DNA of 56,876 nt from a virus (lineage: Duplodnaviria; Caudoviricetes), in the IMG/VR virus record IMGVR_UViG_3300025890_002227, positions 1-56,876 of that record; one strand, written 5' to 3'. The position numbers and the translations under genes were made by a program. The notes beneath the pieces were generated by a model. The model made no database searches and had not been told where the DNA came from. It saw nothing but the letters and a program-made list of their open reading frames with translations. Of the stretch, positions 29,333 through 38,983 are shown one piece after another (the first letter of the stretch is position 1; every line of letters begins with the position of its first letter).

Positions 29333-29950
29333 TCACAGTACACACACCTTTAGATCGTTTTCTTTGTATATTTGATAAGGATTACCATATGGTAGTGCAA
29401 TGCCCAAGGCGTAACTTAATTGTTCGTTGTCCTCAACATTCCATTTTAGTTTATGTTTTTTCATAAATGCCTTTATGTGTTTGTTTTGTAAAGCAATTTG
29501 CTTCTTCATATTGGCGTCATTTTTATACCAAGCGTAATTCGGATACTTGATATCAAATCCGCCAGCTTCTTTCCACCAATCAAAGCAACTACTGTTTGAT
29601 CGATATACTAATACTATTTTAGCATAACTCCACGTTTCATGCAAGTAACCTAAGCCTGTTGCGAACGTGTGGCTCTTAATAATTCTATACTTGCTTTTGT
29701 TCAGTATGCCTTTAAATGGTTTATTAAATTCTGCTTCGTTTTGTTTATCATCTCTGCTACTAATATCGTTAAACCAATTGCCGTATTCCATACCTGGATC
29801 AAAGTATGATCCACGGTGTGTTGCAACACCATGAGTGTATTGTCTTTCTTCAGATTGGTCTGTGCTATCTATTGTTTTAGAACTGCTGATATTTGCCGCA
29901 ACGCTACTCCAGCGCGAGCCTGGCGCGCCAGTAAGGAAAATGTAACTCAT
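29333..29950 (-). CDS. Sulfotransferase-like P-loop protein
   Basis: IFLTGAPGSRWS, IIKSH, IVLVYR sulfotransferase-like motifs. Confidence 0.6.
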   Translation of the reverse strand: MSYIFLTGAPGSRWSSVAANISSSKTIDSTDQSEERQYTHGVATHRGSYFDPGMEYGNWFNDISSRDDKQNEAEFNKPFKGILNKSKYRIIKSHTFATGLGYLHETWSYAKIVLVYRSNSSCFDWWKEAGGFDIKYPNYAWYKNDANMKKQIALQNKHIKAFMKKHKLKWNVEDNEQLSYALGIALPYGNPYQIYKENDLKVCVL

Positions 29951-29993
29951 ACACTTACTTATATATGAGTTACATTATTTCGTTAAACTTTGA

Positions 29994-30749
29994 CTAGTCT
30001 TCGTCGCCGTATATTCTTAATACTTCTTCCACAACGACGTGGCGTCTAATGTCTTGTTGCTCGAACTCTATGGATCTAATATGATCAGCATGATATTTGT
30101 TTAACAAATGCTGAAACTCATATAAACCATTATCTCTCATTCTGTCACTTTGGTTCAAGTCACCAGTCACTACCATTCGGGAATCATCACCTATGCGTGT
30201 TAATAGCATTTTCATTTGGCTTCTTGTAGCATTTTGCATCTCATCTGCAATAATAAATGCCCGCTTAAATGTTCTGCCTCTCATATATGCTAACGGAGAT
30301 ATTTCAATAATATCCTCATCAATCATACGTGAAATATTTTTTAATGAATAATACTCTTTAAATACGTCAAAAATTGGTCTTGTCCACGGTTCCATTTTTT
30401 GTTGGATTGTTCCTGGCAGAAAGCCGTGTTGTTCATCCACTTCTACTGCTGGTCGTGTTAATACAATTTTATCTATTTTATTTTCTGAAAATGCTTTAAG
30501 TGCGGCTAAACATGCTAACATTGTTTTGCCTGTGCCTGCTGGTCCTGATGCAAATACGATTGTATTGTGCTGGTTTAATAATAAATCTATGTAATCTCTT
30601 TGGTTAGTTGATCTTGCCTGTAATTTAATGTTAGGCTTTTTTATATACTTTGTTTTTCCATAATATTTTTCAAACTCAATGATATTTTCGTCCATTAAGT
30701 CATAAGCGTTGTTACTGCGACGTTTATGACGAGTTCTTCGTCTTGACAT
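29994..30749 (-). CDS. phoH: PhoH-family ATPase
   Basis: GPAGTGKT, LTRPAV, GFLPG, AYMRGRTF, ADEMQN, TRIG, GDLNQSD. Confidence 0.96.
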   Translation of the reverse strand: MSRRRTRHKRRSNNAYDLMDENIIEFEKYYGKTKYIKKPNIKLQARSTNQRDYIDLLLNQHNTIVFASGPAGTGKTMLACLAALKAFSENKIDKIVLTRPAVEVDEQHGFLPGTIQQKMEPWTRPIFDVFKEYYSLKNISRMIDEDIIEISPLAYMRGRTFKRAFIIADEMQNATRSQMKMLLTRIGDDSRMVVTGDLNQSDRMRDNGLYEFQHLLNKYHADHIRSIEFEQQDIRRHVVVEEVLRIYGDED

Positions 30750-30883
30750 TTTCCACCTCGCTTAATTTTAAATTCTACACAGTAATTGTGTAGTAAAAAT
30801 ATTTAATGTAAGAATCGATTAAATTATAGTGCAATATATTCATTATAAAAGTTTAATAAATAAATTTCTAATAAATATTCTTA

Positions 30884-32266
30884 ATGGATAACAAACATAT
30901 CAATATTATAATCTATGATGATTTAGATAATTCCGACGAAGAATATAACGAACGTGTAAGAGGAATCACAAAACATTTTACATGGCTGTCAGACAAAGAT
31001 ATCTCTATAACTACTGATCTTAGCAACACGCTAAAAGAACTTGCAAACAATGTAAAAGAAGAAAACAAGTGGGCATTAATTGTCACCACTGGGCATGCTA
31101 TACATACCAATTCAAAAGATTTTTTTAACTTAGCAGTGAAAAAATGTGAAGAAGCAAACTCTCCATTAATGGGTCATGTATTACATAATCCTGCACACGA
31201 CTATTTTCCTTATCCGTACTTACATAATCAATGCATAGTATTAGACTTGCTTGTTTGGAAAGAAATCGGATGCCCGATGTTCGAATGGGTCCATCCTGTT
31301 GACCATAAAATAAACAATTTAGTTAGGAGTGCAGAAAACTTTCACGACGAGTACACGCCTCACTGGGTAGGCCCTGATAAGACTGACGAAGTCGTAACCT
31401 TAGAACACAGAGAGTTTGGCAGTGTAGTAATAGAAAAACTTGCAGAGGCAGGGCATCGTATTATTAACTTTGACGACGAACTTAGACTGCAAAAGTGGCA
31501 TCTATATCCTACTGTCGAATACGAAACACTTAATAAGTTTTTTAAAACAGGAGAAATAGACACAGAGTCTAATCTGTATAAAAGTGCTATATATCAGGCA
31601 GTACAGCAAAAAGAATCTTTAAACCATACCGTTTACATACTTAACACAGAAGGAATTATAGCTGCTCCTCTTGGGCAATGTGATGATATAAAAACTCCTG
31701 TTGACCATTATATTGTAGTTGCAGGAGGATTTAAACCAGCACTGCTTGCACATACATATGGTCACCATAAAAATACAAAAATAACAGTTATGGATATTAG
31801 CGATGCAGGTATAAACTTCCAAAAATATATGAGAGAAAATTGGAATGGTGATCTTACAGTATATCCGCGACATATTCTTGATTTTGGTAACGCTTACCTT
31901 GATTATGATTTAGCGTGGTGCAGTTGGAATTCTATGGAAAGTGAGATAAACAAGTTTTTAGAAGAAGTAAATTTAACTTCAAGCGAGTTTCAACAAGCAT
32001 GGCAAGAATATTGCAATATAGAGTGCGACTATGTTAAAACAGACTTTTTAACTGATCCTAGCAAACTAATAGAAGCCATTAATACAGGAGAAAACAAAAA
32101 CTTTTATATATGGGTTAGCAACGCCTTTGATATGACTTGGACTGTTTTCATGTTAGGACAAAAAAACACGATGGATAAGTTTGATTCATTGCTAAAGCAT
32201 TTTGAAGAATCTAAAAACAATATTACTATTGAGGCGAGGAATCTATATAGGACGTATAACTGTTAG
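30884..32266 (+). CDS. Hypothetical protein, possibly a two-domain modification enzyme
   Basis: 460 aa ORF; RS.ENFHD.YTP.W; C-terminal VAGGFK..DIS..WVSNAF resembles a SAM-binding fold; ATAAATA 6 nt before ATG. Confidence 0.7.
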   Translation: MDNKHINIIIYDDLDNSDEEYNERVRGITKHFTWLSDKDISITTDLSNTLKELANNVKEENKWALIVTTGHAIHTNSKDFFNLAVKKCEEANSPLMGHVLHNPAHDYFPYPYLHNQCIVLDLLVWKEIGCPMFEWVHPVDHKINNLVRSAENFHDEYTPHWVGPDKTDEVVTLEHREFGSVVIEKLAEAGHRIINFDDELRLQKWHLYPTVEYETLNKFFKTGEIDTESNLYKSAIYQAVQQKESLNHTVYILNTEGIIAAPLGQCDDIKTPVDHYIVVAGGFKPALLAHTYGHHKNTKITVMDISDAGINFQKYMRENWNGDLTVYPRHILDFGNAYLDYDLAWCSWNSMESEINKFLEEVNLTSSEFQQAWQEYCNIECDYVKTDFLTDPSKLIEAINTGENKNFYIWVSNAFDMTWTVFMLGQKNTMDKFDSLLKHFEESKNNITIEARNLYRTYNC

Positions 32267-32888
32267 GAACCACATTATTCCAATATTCGCTCGCTTCGCC
32301 GCCGTGTATAATCATATGATATCTGTTTTCATTACTGCGATTCCAAACACAATGATTGTAACTAGTATTAAATGCCATAGCACCTCCTGAATCTTTAAAA
32401 GGAACTATACCTACTCCCTCGACAACCATATTACAATCCTTTGGATTGTTAAGACTAATATTAACCGCACATAAAGACCAATCATCTGCATCATTGTGCG
32501 GTGTTATATAACCGCCAGGGGACAATCGCATATAGCGAAGTCTTTGATAACACCCATATGGAAACTCATTTTTAAAATACTCTGCTGTGATAGGGCATAA
32601 ATCTGCTACTTCTGTCCAACTATGTTCTTGTCCTGCGTGTTCAGGATATGATTGATCTGAGTCTGTTTTAGTTGCGCCGTAACCATGTATACATAAACTT
32701 GCCCATCCCACGCTATAATCATCTCGATGTGGAACAAACATATGGTCTACAGACTTTGCTTCTTCTAACATTTCTTTCCACGGCCCGTCTATCAATAGCG
32801 GGAGATAAGGTGTGGTTTTGTGTTCAAATTCCTTAGGAAAAGAATATGTAAGGTTAACGTTAGAATTATAAAATTCTTTTAAGTCCAT
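32226..32888 (-). CDS. Aspartyl/asparaginyl beta-hydroxylase-like 2OG-Fe(II) oxygenase; start ATG 32888
   Basis: RLRYM.LSPGGYITPHND (HxD), NISLNNP, FNTSYNHCVWN.S...RYHMIIHG. Confidence 0.85.
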   Translation of the reverse strand: MDLKEFYNSNVNLTYSFPKEFEHKTTPYLPLLIDGPWKEMLEEAKSVDHMFVPHRDDYSVGWASLCIHGYGATKTDSDQSYPEHAGQEHSWTEVADLCPITAEYFKNEFPYGCYQRLRYMRLSPGGYITPHNDADDWSLCAVNISLNNPKDCNMVVEGVGIVPFKDSGGAMAFNTSYNHCVWNRSNENRYHMIIHGGEASEYWNNVVPNSYTSYIDSSPQ

Positions 32889-32913
32889 GCAGATATTTAT
32901 ACTAAATAGATTT
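32889..32913. promoter_or_regulatory. Back-to-back TAAATA promoters for divergent leaderless genes
   Basis: Minus TATAAATA (32901-32894)-N5-ATG 32888; plus CTAAATA (32902-32908)-N5-ATG 32914. Confidence 0.65.
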
Positions 32914-34215
32914 ATGCGCCTCACTGAAAAGAATAAACACGTTTATTGCCCGGCGCCGTTTCATGAACAGATGGTTGATTCCGATGGAACATTTAAACCA
33001 TGCTGTTCTGCTAGACACACCATTCGCAATGATGACGGTACAGAAGCCAATATCGCTAATAATACACTAGAAGAGGTTTGGAATAACAAGCACATGCAGG
33101 AAATTCGTCAAAATATGATTGACGGAGTCAAACCTTCCAATGACATGTGTGAGAATTGTTATAGTCACGAACGACAAGGTACTGGCAGTAGTAGAATAAA
33201 CGAATTAGATCAATACAATGACTATGTAGATACTCCTATTGTCGAAGAACTTCCCGATTACTACGATTTAAGATTTGGCAACTTGTGTAATTTACAATGT
33301 ATAATGTGTGATCCTCACTATAGTTCGAGATTAATGACGGAACAAGAAAAAGTATTTGATCTATTAAAACAAGAAGAGTTTAGTAACAATAATTTATATT
33401 CTTGGTATAAAAATTCTAATACCGTATGGAATAGATCAGATGCACAAAAATATACTTGGCCCACTAATAATAAAATTTTTGATCAGATTACGTCGCAAAT
33501 GGCAGAATCGAATTGTAGAAAAGTCTATGTTAACGGTGGAGAGCCTACTTTACATAATAAGTCACTAATTAAAATGCTCAAACTATTAATTGAAAATGGG
33601 CAAGCAAAACATATAGAACTTTGGATTAATACTAATGCTACAATTGTTGACTTAGAGTTTTATAAATTGCTTAACAATTTTAGACAGATACGTTTAATGT
33701 TGAGTATAGACGGTATAGAAGAATCATTTGAATATATCAGGTATCCTGCTAAGTGGATTATAATAGATTCTAATATTAAAAAAATTACAAATTTTATAGC
33801 AAGTTTAAAAGACGTTAATAAGTGGAACGTAGAATTTCAACCTACGTTTCAACTACTTAACCTATTAGATATTAATCGAATGATCGAATATTGGCTAGAT
33901 GTAAAGAAAAATATAAATTGTTCTTTTACTTTAAATAAATTAAATAATCCACCGTGGTACGATGCTATAATTGCAAATGATGCCATTAAAAAGAGTATTA
34001 GTGATGAGACCCATTTAATACAAAATACTGATCGAGATTTTTTAATAATAAAATCCTTTTTAAGTAACAGTTTAATGCCTCAACATTCATTAAATGAAAA
34101 TAATCGCATAGAGTTACTCGATAGTACTGTGGCAATACACGAAATCTATAAAAAAACTAGAAATATAGATTATCTAAATATGTGGTTTTATAATACAATA
34201 GAAAAATTAAAATAA
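32914..34215 (+). CDS. Twitch/SPASM-domain radical SAM protein; start ATG 32914
   Basis: YCPAPF..DG.FKPCC..C.NCY N-terminal domain; DLRFGNLCNLQCIMC; NGGEP; SIDG...FEYIRYPAKW. Confidence 0.9.
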   Translation: MRLTEKNKHVYCPAPFHEQMVDSDGTFKPCCSARHTIRNDDGTEANIANNTLEEVWNNKHMQEIRQNMIDGVKPSNDMCENCYSHERQGTGSSRINELDQYNDYVDTPIVEELPDYYDLRFGNLCNLQCIMCDPHYSSRLMTEQEKVFDLLKQEEFSNNNLYSWYKNSNTVWNRSDAQKYTWPTNNKIFDQITSQMAESNCRKVYVNGGEPTLHNKSLIKMLKLLIENGQAKHIELWINTNATIVDLEFYKLLNNFRQIRLMLSIDGIEESFEYIRYPAKWIIIDSNIKKITNFIASLKDVNKWNVEFQPTFQLLNLLDINRMIEYWLDVKKNINCSFTLNKLNNPPWYDAIIANDAIKKSISDETHLIQNTDRDFLIIKSFLSNSLMPQHSLNENNRIELLDSTVAIHEIYKKTRNIDYLNMWFYNTIEKLK

Positions 34216-34268
34216 GTGTTTATAATACTGCCAAGTTGTACTCTTAAATACTGTACACGGAGAAAACA

Positions 34269-34553
34269 ATGAGTTTTTTAACAAAACATATACGTGATAC
34301 AGAAAATCCACAAACATATTTGCAACACTTCCGCGTTGCGTTTGTTAATAGTTTGCGACTACTTTATGCGGCAATGCTTGGTATTGTCCATGCATTTTTT
34401 CCGTGGTGGTTTCCTTTCAATACATCTACCGAAATAATCAAATGCTTTAAAATTATTGTTCGCACTAAACGACATAAAGCAGAATTAAACGAATACTTAG
34501 GTCCAGACTACGTATTAGAGAAGCATTTACAAGAAGAAAAAAGTAAAAAGTAG
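34269..34553 (+). CDS. DUF6356-like small membrane-associated protein
   Basis: H......TY.QHF..A.......G.VHAFFP pattern; paralog of 51788-52003. Confidence 0.7.
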   Translation: MSFLTKHIRDTENPQTYLQHFRVAFVNSLRLLYAAMLGIVHAFFPWWFPFNTSTEIIKCFKIIVRTKRHKAELNEYLGPDYVLEKHLQEEKSKK

Positions 34554-34565
34554 CAAAACAATATT

Positions 34566-35561
34566 TTATATACTTTTAATTACTATATCTTTTAATACAT
34601 CTGTTTTATCGACATAACCAGTTTCCGTGCCAAGACTGCTAACAAATCTTTCTCCTTGTATAACTCTGCCTATAGGCATGCCACATTGCAAGGGCCCAGG
34701 TGTTATGCCATTTTCTTCTAAAAAGGTTAAAAAATCTGGGTCTAACGCCCAGTCTCGTTTGCCTATTGAAAAGGATCCAGAATAATATATGTTATGAGTT
34801 ATATCCCATTCTTTTGGATCGTCATAGTCATAGTAGGCCCTGCTATAATCTTTTCCCTGTATTTGGCATAGCGGAAGCCAAACATCATATTTTTTTACAT
34901 CGTTGCTGAAAAATTTAAAATCTTCTCTTGTTATTGTTTTTGAGAAATATTGCGCCTGATCAACAGGTATCTTAAATTCAACAGTGTATTCATTATAAAC
35001 ACTGTCTGTATTCACTAGTTTCGATAATCTCGGATTATCCAAATGTGGTTCTATATTATGAACTAAATCATTTATTTCATGTAAGAATTTTGAAAGTATT
35101 TTGAACTTATCTGTATGATTTTCTGGCAATTCAAAGGTTATATTCGAACCAAACTTCCAAGTAAACACTTCCTCGTCGTCATAGGTTAATGTCCTGTGAC
35201 CCGTTGTAAAGTGTCTATGTATATCGTTTAATAACTTTCTGCTAACTTCAAATGTGTTATTTTCAAAATCTACTTCACGTGACGGAATAGGAAAATCCAT
35301 TCCTATCATATTAATTGCATTAATGGTTTCTTTAAGTTTCTCAGTCTTTTCGTTAAGATCCTTATTATACTGCTCGCGCGTTTTTGGGCCCATTCCGGAA
35401 ACACCTAAGTCTCCAGTTGGATAAGTATCACGCCTAGTAACAAAATGACTTAATTTGATTATTTCGCTTAACTGGTTAAGAAAAAGATCCATCCATGGAT
35501 TATCAATTAACTCGATTACTATCTTATCTTGCGAGTATAAATTTAATTCTAAGTATTTCAT
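34566..35561 (-). CDS. Hypothetical protein, paralog of 50449-51381; start ATG 35561
   Basis: Shared LN..HR.FTTG, IN..VH.I, GKDY...D....WDI, Y.G.F.I, CG.P.G; ORF-track extension runs into the tRNA. Confidence 0.75.
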   Translation of the reverse strand: MKYLELNLYSQDKIVIELIDNPWMDLFLNQLSEIIKLSHFVTRRDTYPTGDLGVSGMGPKTREQYNKDLNEKTEKLKETINAINMIGMDFPIPSREVDFENNTFEVSRKLLNDIHRHFTTGHRTLTYDDEEVFTWKFGSNITFELPENHTDKFKILSKFLHEINDLVHNIEPHLDNPRLSKLVNTDSVYNEYTVEFKIPVDQAQYFSKTITREDFKFFSNDVKKYDVWLPLCQIQGKDYSRAYYDYDDPKEWDITHNIYYSGSFSIGKRDWALDPDFLTFLEENGITPGPLQCGMPIGRVIQGERFVSSLGTETGYVDKTDVLKDIVIKSI

Positions 35562-35567
35562 AATAAA

Positions 35568-35656
35568 TGGTACCCGGAGCCGGACTTGAACCGGCAAGGC
35601 CATTACAGCCGATGGATTTTAAGTCCATTGTGTTTACCAAATTTCACCATCCGGGC
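35568..35656 (-). tRNA. tRNA-Leu (TAA)
   Basis: GCCCGGA acceptor, anticodon stem atgga/tccat with loop CTTAAAA, long variable arm, GGTTCAAGTCC, encoded CCA. Confidence 0.95.
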
Positions 35657-35665
35657 ATATGTGTT

Positions 35666-36589
35666 TTAATTATTAACTTGTGATAGTTCTATAATTGTTG
35701 CCGCAAGATTAATTTCAGGATCGGCTGCAAGTGTGTGATTAATTAAACCTTTGCGTATAACAAGAATCGCCTTGTCTGTTCCTTCGTTAGTATTAGACCA
35801 AAGTTCCAAATTATCATACATCCAGCGATACATGTCATCTACCTCATCTGGTCGTATTTGTTTACAAAGTAGTTCCCTTGCTTCTCTAAACTTTCCTGCT
35901 TTAACTAAGGCAACCATATCTAGTTTATAATCACTTACACTAGAGTCTTCGTCGTGTGTGTTAGTTAGTTTTCCAGTAGTGCTGTTCATTTGCAATAAGT
36001 TAATACATTTACGCAAGTCTGGGTATGTCGCTTTAACATAGTTGTCCAACACATCTAAGTCAAACTCAACCTTTTCTTCTAGCAATATGTGCGCCACTCT
36101 AGCAGTAAACTCTGTGGGATCAACCTTCTCAATGTGGAAGCCTTGGCATCTACTGTGTAGTGCGGGTATAATTTTGTTTGGATAGTTACACGTTAGTATA
36201 AACCTTGCTGTGTCATGATATGTTTCCATAACACCACGCAACGCCGCTTGCCCGTTTGGCGACATATAGTCTGCTTCATCAAGTAGCACAATCTTAAACT
36301 CACCAAATGGAAGTGTACTAACAAAGTTTGTTACTTTGTCGCGTATATTGTCTACAGAGTTTTCACGACTTGCGTTAATCTCCAATACATCATATTGGTC
36401 GATGTCAAGTGCTGTAATTAGTATTTTAGCAAGTGTTGTTTTACCAACGCCCGCCGCACCACTAAACAATAAATGCGGAATTGCTCCGCTTTTAATCCAT
36501 CCAGCAACTTGTTTGCGTTGTGCGTCATCACGAAAAACATAATTGTCTATTGTGTCTGGTCTGTATGCTTCAGTCCACAGTTTTTTCAT
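35666..36589 (-). CDS. Clamp loader ATPase subunit (RFC small subunit / T4 gp44-like)
   Basis: LWTE.YRP, PHLLFSG.AGVGKTT, EINAS, LLDEAD, ALHSRC, PDLRKCIN. Confidence 0.92.
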   Translation of the reverse strand: MKKLWTEAYRPDTIDNYVFRDDAQRKQVAGWIKSGAIPHLLFSGAAGVGKTTLAKILITALDIDQYDVLEINASRENSVDNIRDKVTNFVSTLPFGEFKIVLLDEADYMSPNGQAALRGVMETYHDTARFILTCNYPNKIIPALHSRCQGFHIEKVDPTEFTARVAHILLEEKVEFDLDVLDNYVKATYPDLRKCINLLQMNSTTGKLTNTHDEDSSVSDYKLDMVALVKAGKFREARELLCKQIRPDEVDDMYRWMYDNLELWSNTNEGTDKAILVIRKGLINHTLAADPEINLAATIIELSQVNN

Positions 36590-36881
36590 CTGTTGTACCT
36601 AAAAATTTATCGATGTGATCTTTGTAATGTCCATAAAAGTAATTAAACAGAAAGTCATATTCAGTCGACATGTCAAAACTATGTCGCTTTTGTCTAATAA
36701 TCTTTTTATTTTCTAAATCTATTACTATTGATGCTTCTAAAATCTCTTTGTCAGTTAGTTTAGTGCTTAAAGAAACCTGTTCATCCCACGCCATATTTTC
36801 TTTAAGATAACCTTTTTTAGCAGATTGCGAAGGATCTCTCGGCTTGCCAATATATTTTACATATAAAAATTTACCTTTCAT
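36570..36881 (-). CDS. Hypothetical protein (leaderless)
   Basis: 103 aa; consensus sigma70 promoter ends 6 nt before ATG. Confidence 0.7.
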   Translation of the reverse strand: MKGKFLYVKYIGKPRDPSQSAKKGYLKENMAWDEQVSLSTKLTDKEILEASIVIDLENKKIIRQKRHSFDMSTEYDFLFNYFYGHYKDHIDKFLGTTDEKTVD

Positions 36882-36887
36882 AACAGT

Positions 36888-36916
36888 ATTATACGCTCCT
36901 TAATTATATTTGTCAA
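36888..36916 (-). promoter_or_regulatory. Consensus sigma70 promoter TTGACA-17-TATAAT
   Basis: TTGACA 36916-36911, TATAAT 36893-36888, ATG 36881. Confidence 0.8.
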
Positions 36917-37205
36917 GTAACTCTTGAATACCGTCTGGTACTCCGTGGTCGTATTTGGGATACACAACAAACTCAACGCTTCCATCATTATGATAACAAC
37001 CTGCTTTTACCCAGTCATAATCAAAATCAGTATATTTGACAAATGTTATTATGATATCGTATACGCCATCAAATTGTGTTGTATTTTTAGTTAATTCTTC
37101 TACGCACTCTTCCATAGTATCAAAAGGTTGTGCTATTTTAAATTGCTTGCCCGTATTAATTGGTGAATACCCTATTAAGTAGGCTAATATAATAAGTTTA
37201 ATCAT
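36900..37205 (-). CDS. Small secreted/membrane protein
   Basis: Hydrophobic N-terminus, F.TMEEC and C-terminal Cys. Confidence 0.65.
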   Translation of the reverse strand: MIKLIILAYLIGYSPINTGKQFKIAQPFDTMEECVEELTKNTTQFDGVYDIIITFVKYTDFDYDWVKAGCYHNDGSVEFVVYPKYDHGVPDGIQELLDKYN

Positions 37206-37842
37206 GTAAATATTCTAAAAACAGTTTTTTATATTTTTCCTTATAAGGAACATGTTTCTCGTAGTCAATACCTATGGGTATAGTGTGATTGCAATTAGGC
37301 AGATTATCATAGTCAAAGATAGTATGTTGTATATTACTAGTAATATCTTTTATTAAATCTCTATCTCGTTTATAAATGTTAGTATGCTGTCTAATGTCAT
37401 CTTCTGTTATGTTTAAAACAAAATTTTCTGTTTCAATTTCAACAAATTGCTTACCTTGCTTAGTCCATTTACCAAATCTATTGTCAGGAAACCTGTGCGG
37501 GCCTTTCCATTCGTTTAACTCACAGAACATATAACTTAAAAATGCATCCCATGGATTTCGTTGTGCCACATACACGTGATAATCTTTAAGATAGTTTATT
37601 GTTCTCTTAGTATCTTTTATTTGTCCGCAATGAATTTTGAGACAGTAATGGCGATTCTCTTGTTTTCTATTTTCTAAAAATTGAAACTTTTGTTCAGTTT
37701 CTTCTTTGCTGTCTGAAATATTAAAATATTCACCAAGTCGCCCAGCAATATTACCACTTTTTCGCCATGCATAATGATACAAGACTCCAGAGCCTGTCCT
37801 AGGACTAGACAATACTTGATATACACCGATCATAGATGCCAA
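37198..37842 (-). CDS. Sulfotransferase-like protein (tandem paralog B)
   Basis: YQVLSSPRTGS 5'-PSB-like loop, RHYCLK, RNPWD.FLS, IDYEKHV. Confidence 0.7.
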   Translation of the reverse strand: MASMIGVYQVLSSPRTGSGVLYHYAWRKSGNIAGRLGEYFNISDSKEETEQKFQFLENRKQENRHYCLKIHCGQIKDTKRTINYLKDYHVYVAQRNPWDAFLSYMFCELNEWKGPHRFPDNRFGKWTKQGKQFVEIETENFVLNITEDDIRQHTNIYKRDRDLIKDITSNIQHTIFDYDNLPNCNHTIPIGIDYEKHVPYKEKYKKLFLEYLHD

Positions 37843-38558
37843 TTTCGTTGATGAAAGTAGGAAGATTCTAAATATTCATTAAAAAATAACTTAGTTTTTT
37901 CTAAATCAATAACGTGTTTTTCATAGTCAATGTCAATAGGCACACTGTTTGCGTATATTAATTTATAATTCTTGTTGTATTTGGAAAAGATATTTTGTAA
38001 TTGTATGTCATGGTCTAAGTCATAGTCAAATACATGAAGATTAGGTAATCTCTTTTCAAACCAATTAAATAAAATGTTACATTTCTTAATCTTATCTATA
38101 TATTCAATAATATTCTTCTTTGAAATTTTTAAGGTAAATTCTTTCTCGTCAACATCAATTGTTGGAAAGTCTATGTTCCATTCTCCTCGTATATTCTTAT
38201 GTGACGGATAAAAGTCGCCATATATGGACTTTAGTCTAGCTATATAGACTGTACTTAGAAAGGAATTCCAAGGTTTGCGTTTAATTAATACAACGTTATA
38301 GTCTTTAAGAAAATCTAATGTTGCTTCTGGGTTATGTATAGAATAAGACATAAACTTAATACAATAATGCCTGCCTTTGTCTCTCTCTTCGAAGAGAAAG
38401 TCGAGTTTTTTATTGTATGAATTTATATCTTTTGCGTCATGAAAATATTCTTCTAAATTTTGCACTTTATTTTTGTCACTGAAGTACCAACACATTTGAT
38501 TTATAAAGTAAGAACCTGTCCTAGGCCTAGACAGTACTTGGTAAACTGGATAACTCAT
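37830..38558 (-). CDS. Sulfotransferase-like protein (tandem paralog A)
   Basis: YQVLSRPRTGS, RHYCIK, RKPWN.FLS, IDYEKHV. Confidence 0.7.
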   Translation of the reverse strand: MSYPVYQVLSRPRTGSYFINQMCWYFSDKNKVQNLEEYFHDAKDINSYNKKLDFLFEERDKGRHYCIKFMSYSIHNPEATLDFLKDYNVVLIKRKPWNSFLSTVYIARLKSIYGDFYPSHKNIRGEWNIDFPTIDVDEKEFTLKISKKNIIEYIDKIKKCNILFNWFEKRLPNLHVFDYDLDHDIQLQNIFSKYNKNYKLIYANSVPIDIDYEKHVIDLEKTKLFFNEYLESSYFHQRNWHL

Positions 38559-38971
38559 TACGCAAGTTCTTTATATTTCCTATGATCAGAATGCCCGCCA
38601 GTGCTTGCGTTGTCATACTCCGGAGGACGAGTGTCGCTAACTGCGAGTACTGCCTCCGGATCAACCATTCTTACTGTTTTAGTGTCGCCATCAAAAGTTT
38701 CTATGTTAATTCCGCGAGTCCAACGTCCATGATCTACAAGTACCCATTGCTCTGGACTAACATCATATTGCTCAGGTCCGGTGCGATATACTTTGCCCCA
38801 TCTGGGTCTAATGCCACGCTCCTTACCATCGTCATCCATGATGATTATGCCATTTTTTGTTACGGTTTCTCCAGTGCTCATATCTTCGACAATAATTCTG
38901 TCGCGAATAGCACGTAGATTACCACTTAATCGATATGTTTTATTATAATGTGGATCTTGCCACGGCTCCAT
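38558..38971 (-). CDS. groES: GroES-like co-chaperonin
   Basis: LRAIRDRIIV...T.NGIII....GKV..TGP...V....VL; Cpn10 pattern. Confidence 0.8.
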   Translation of the reverse strand: MEPWQDPHYNKTYRLSGNLRAIRDRIIVEDMSTGETVTKNGIIIMDDDGKERGIRPRWGKVYRTGPEQYDVSPEQWVLVDHGRWTRGINIETFDGDTKTVRMVDPEAVLAVSDTRPPEYDNASTGGHSDHRKYKELA

Positions 38972-38983
38972 GTTTTTCTCCTA

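Noticed and set aside
35562-35603. N-terminal extension of ORF 34566-35603
   Set aside because: Overlaps tRNA-Leu; the paralog at 50449 aligns from the ATG at 35561
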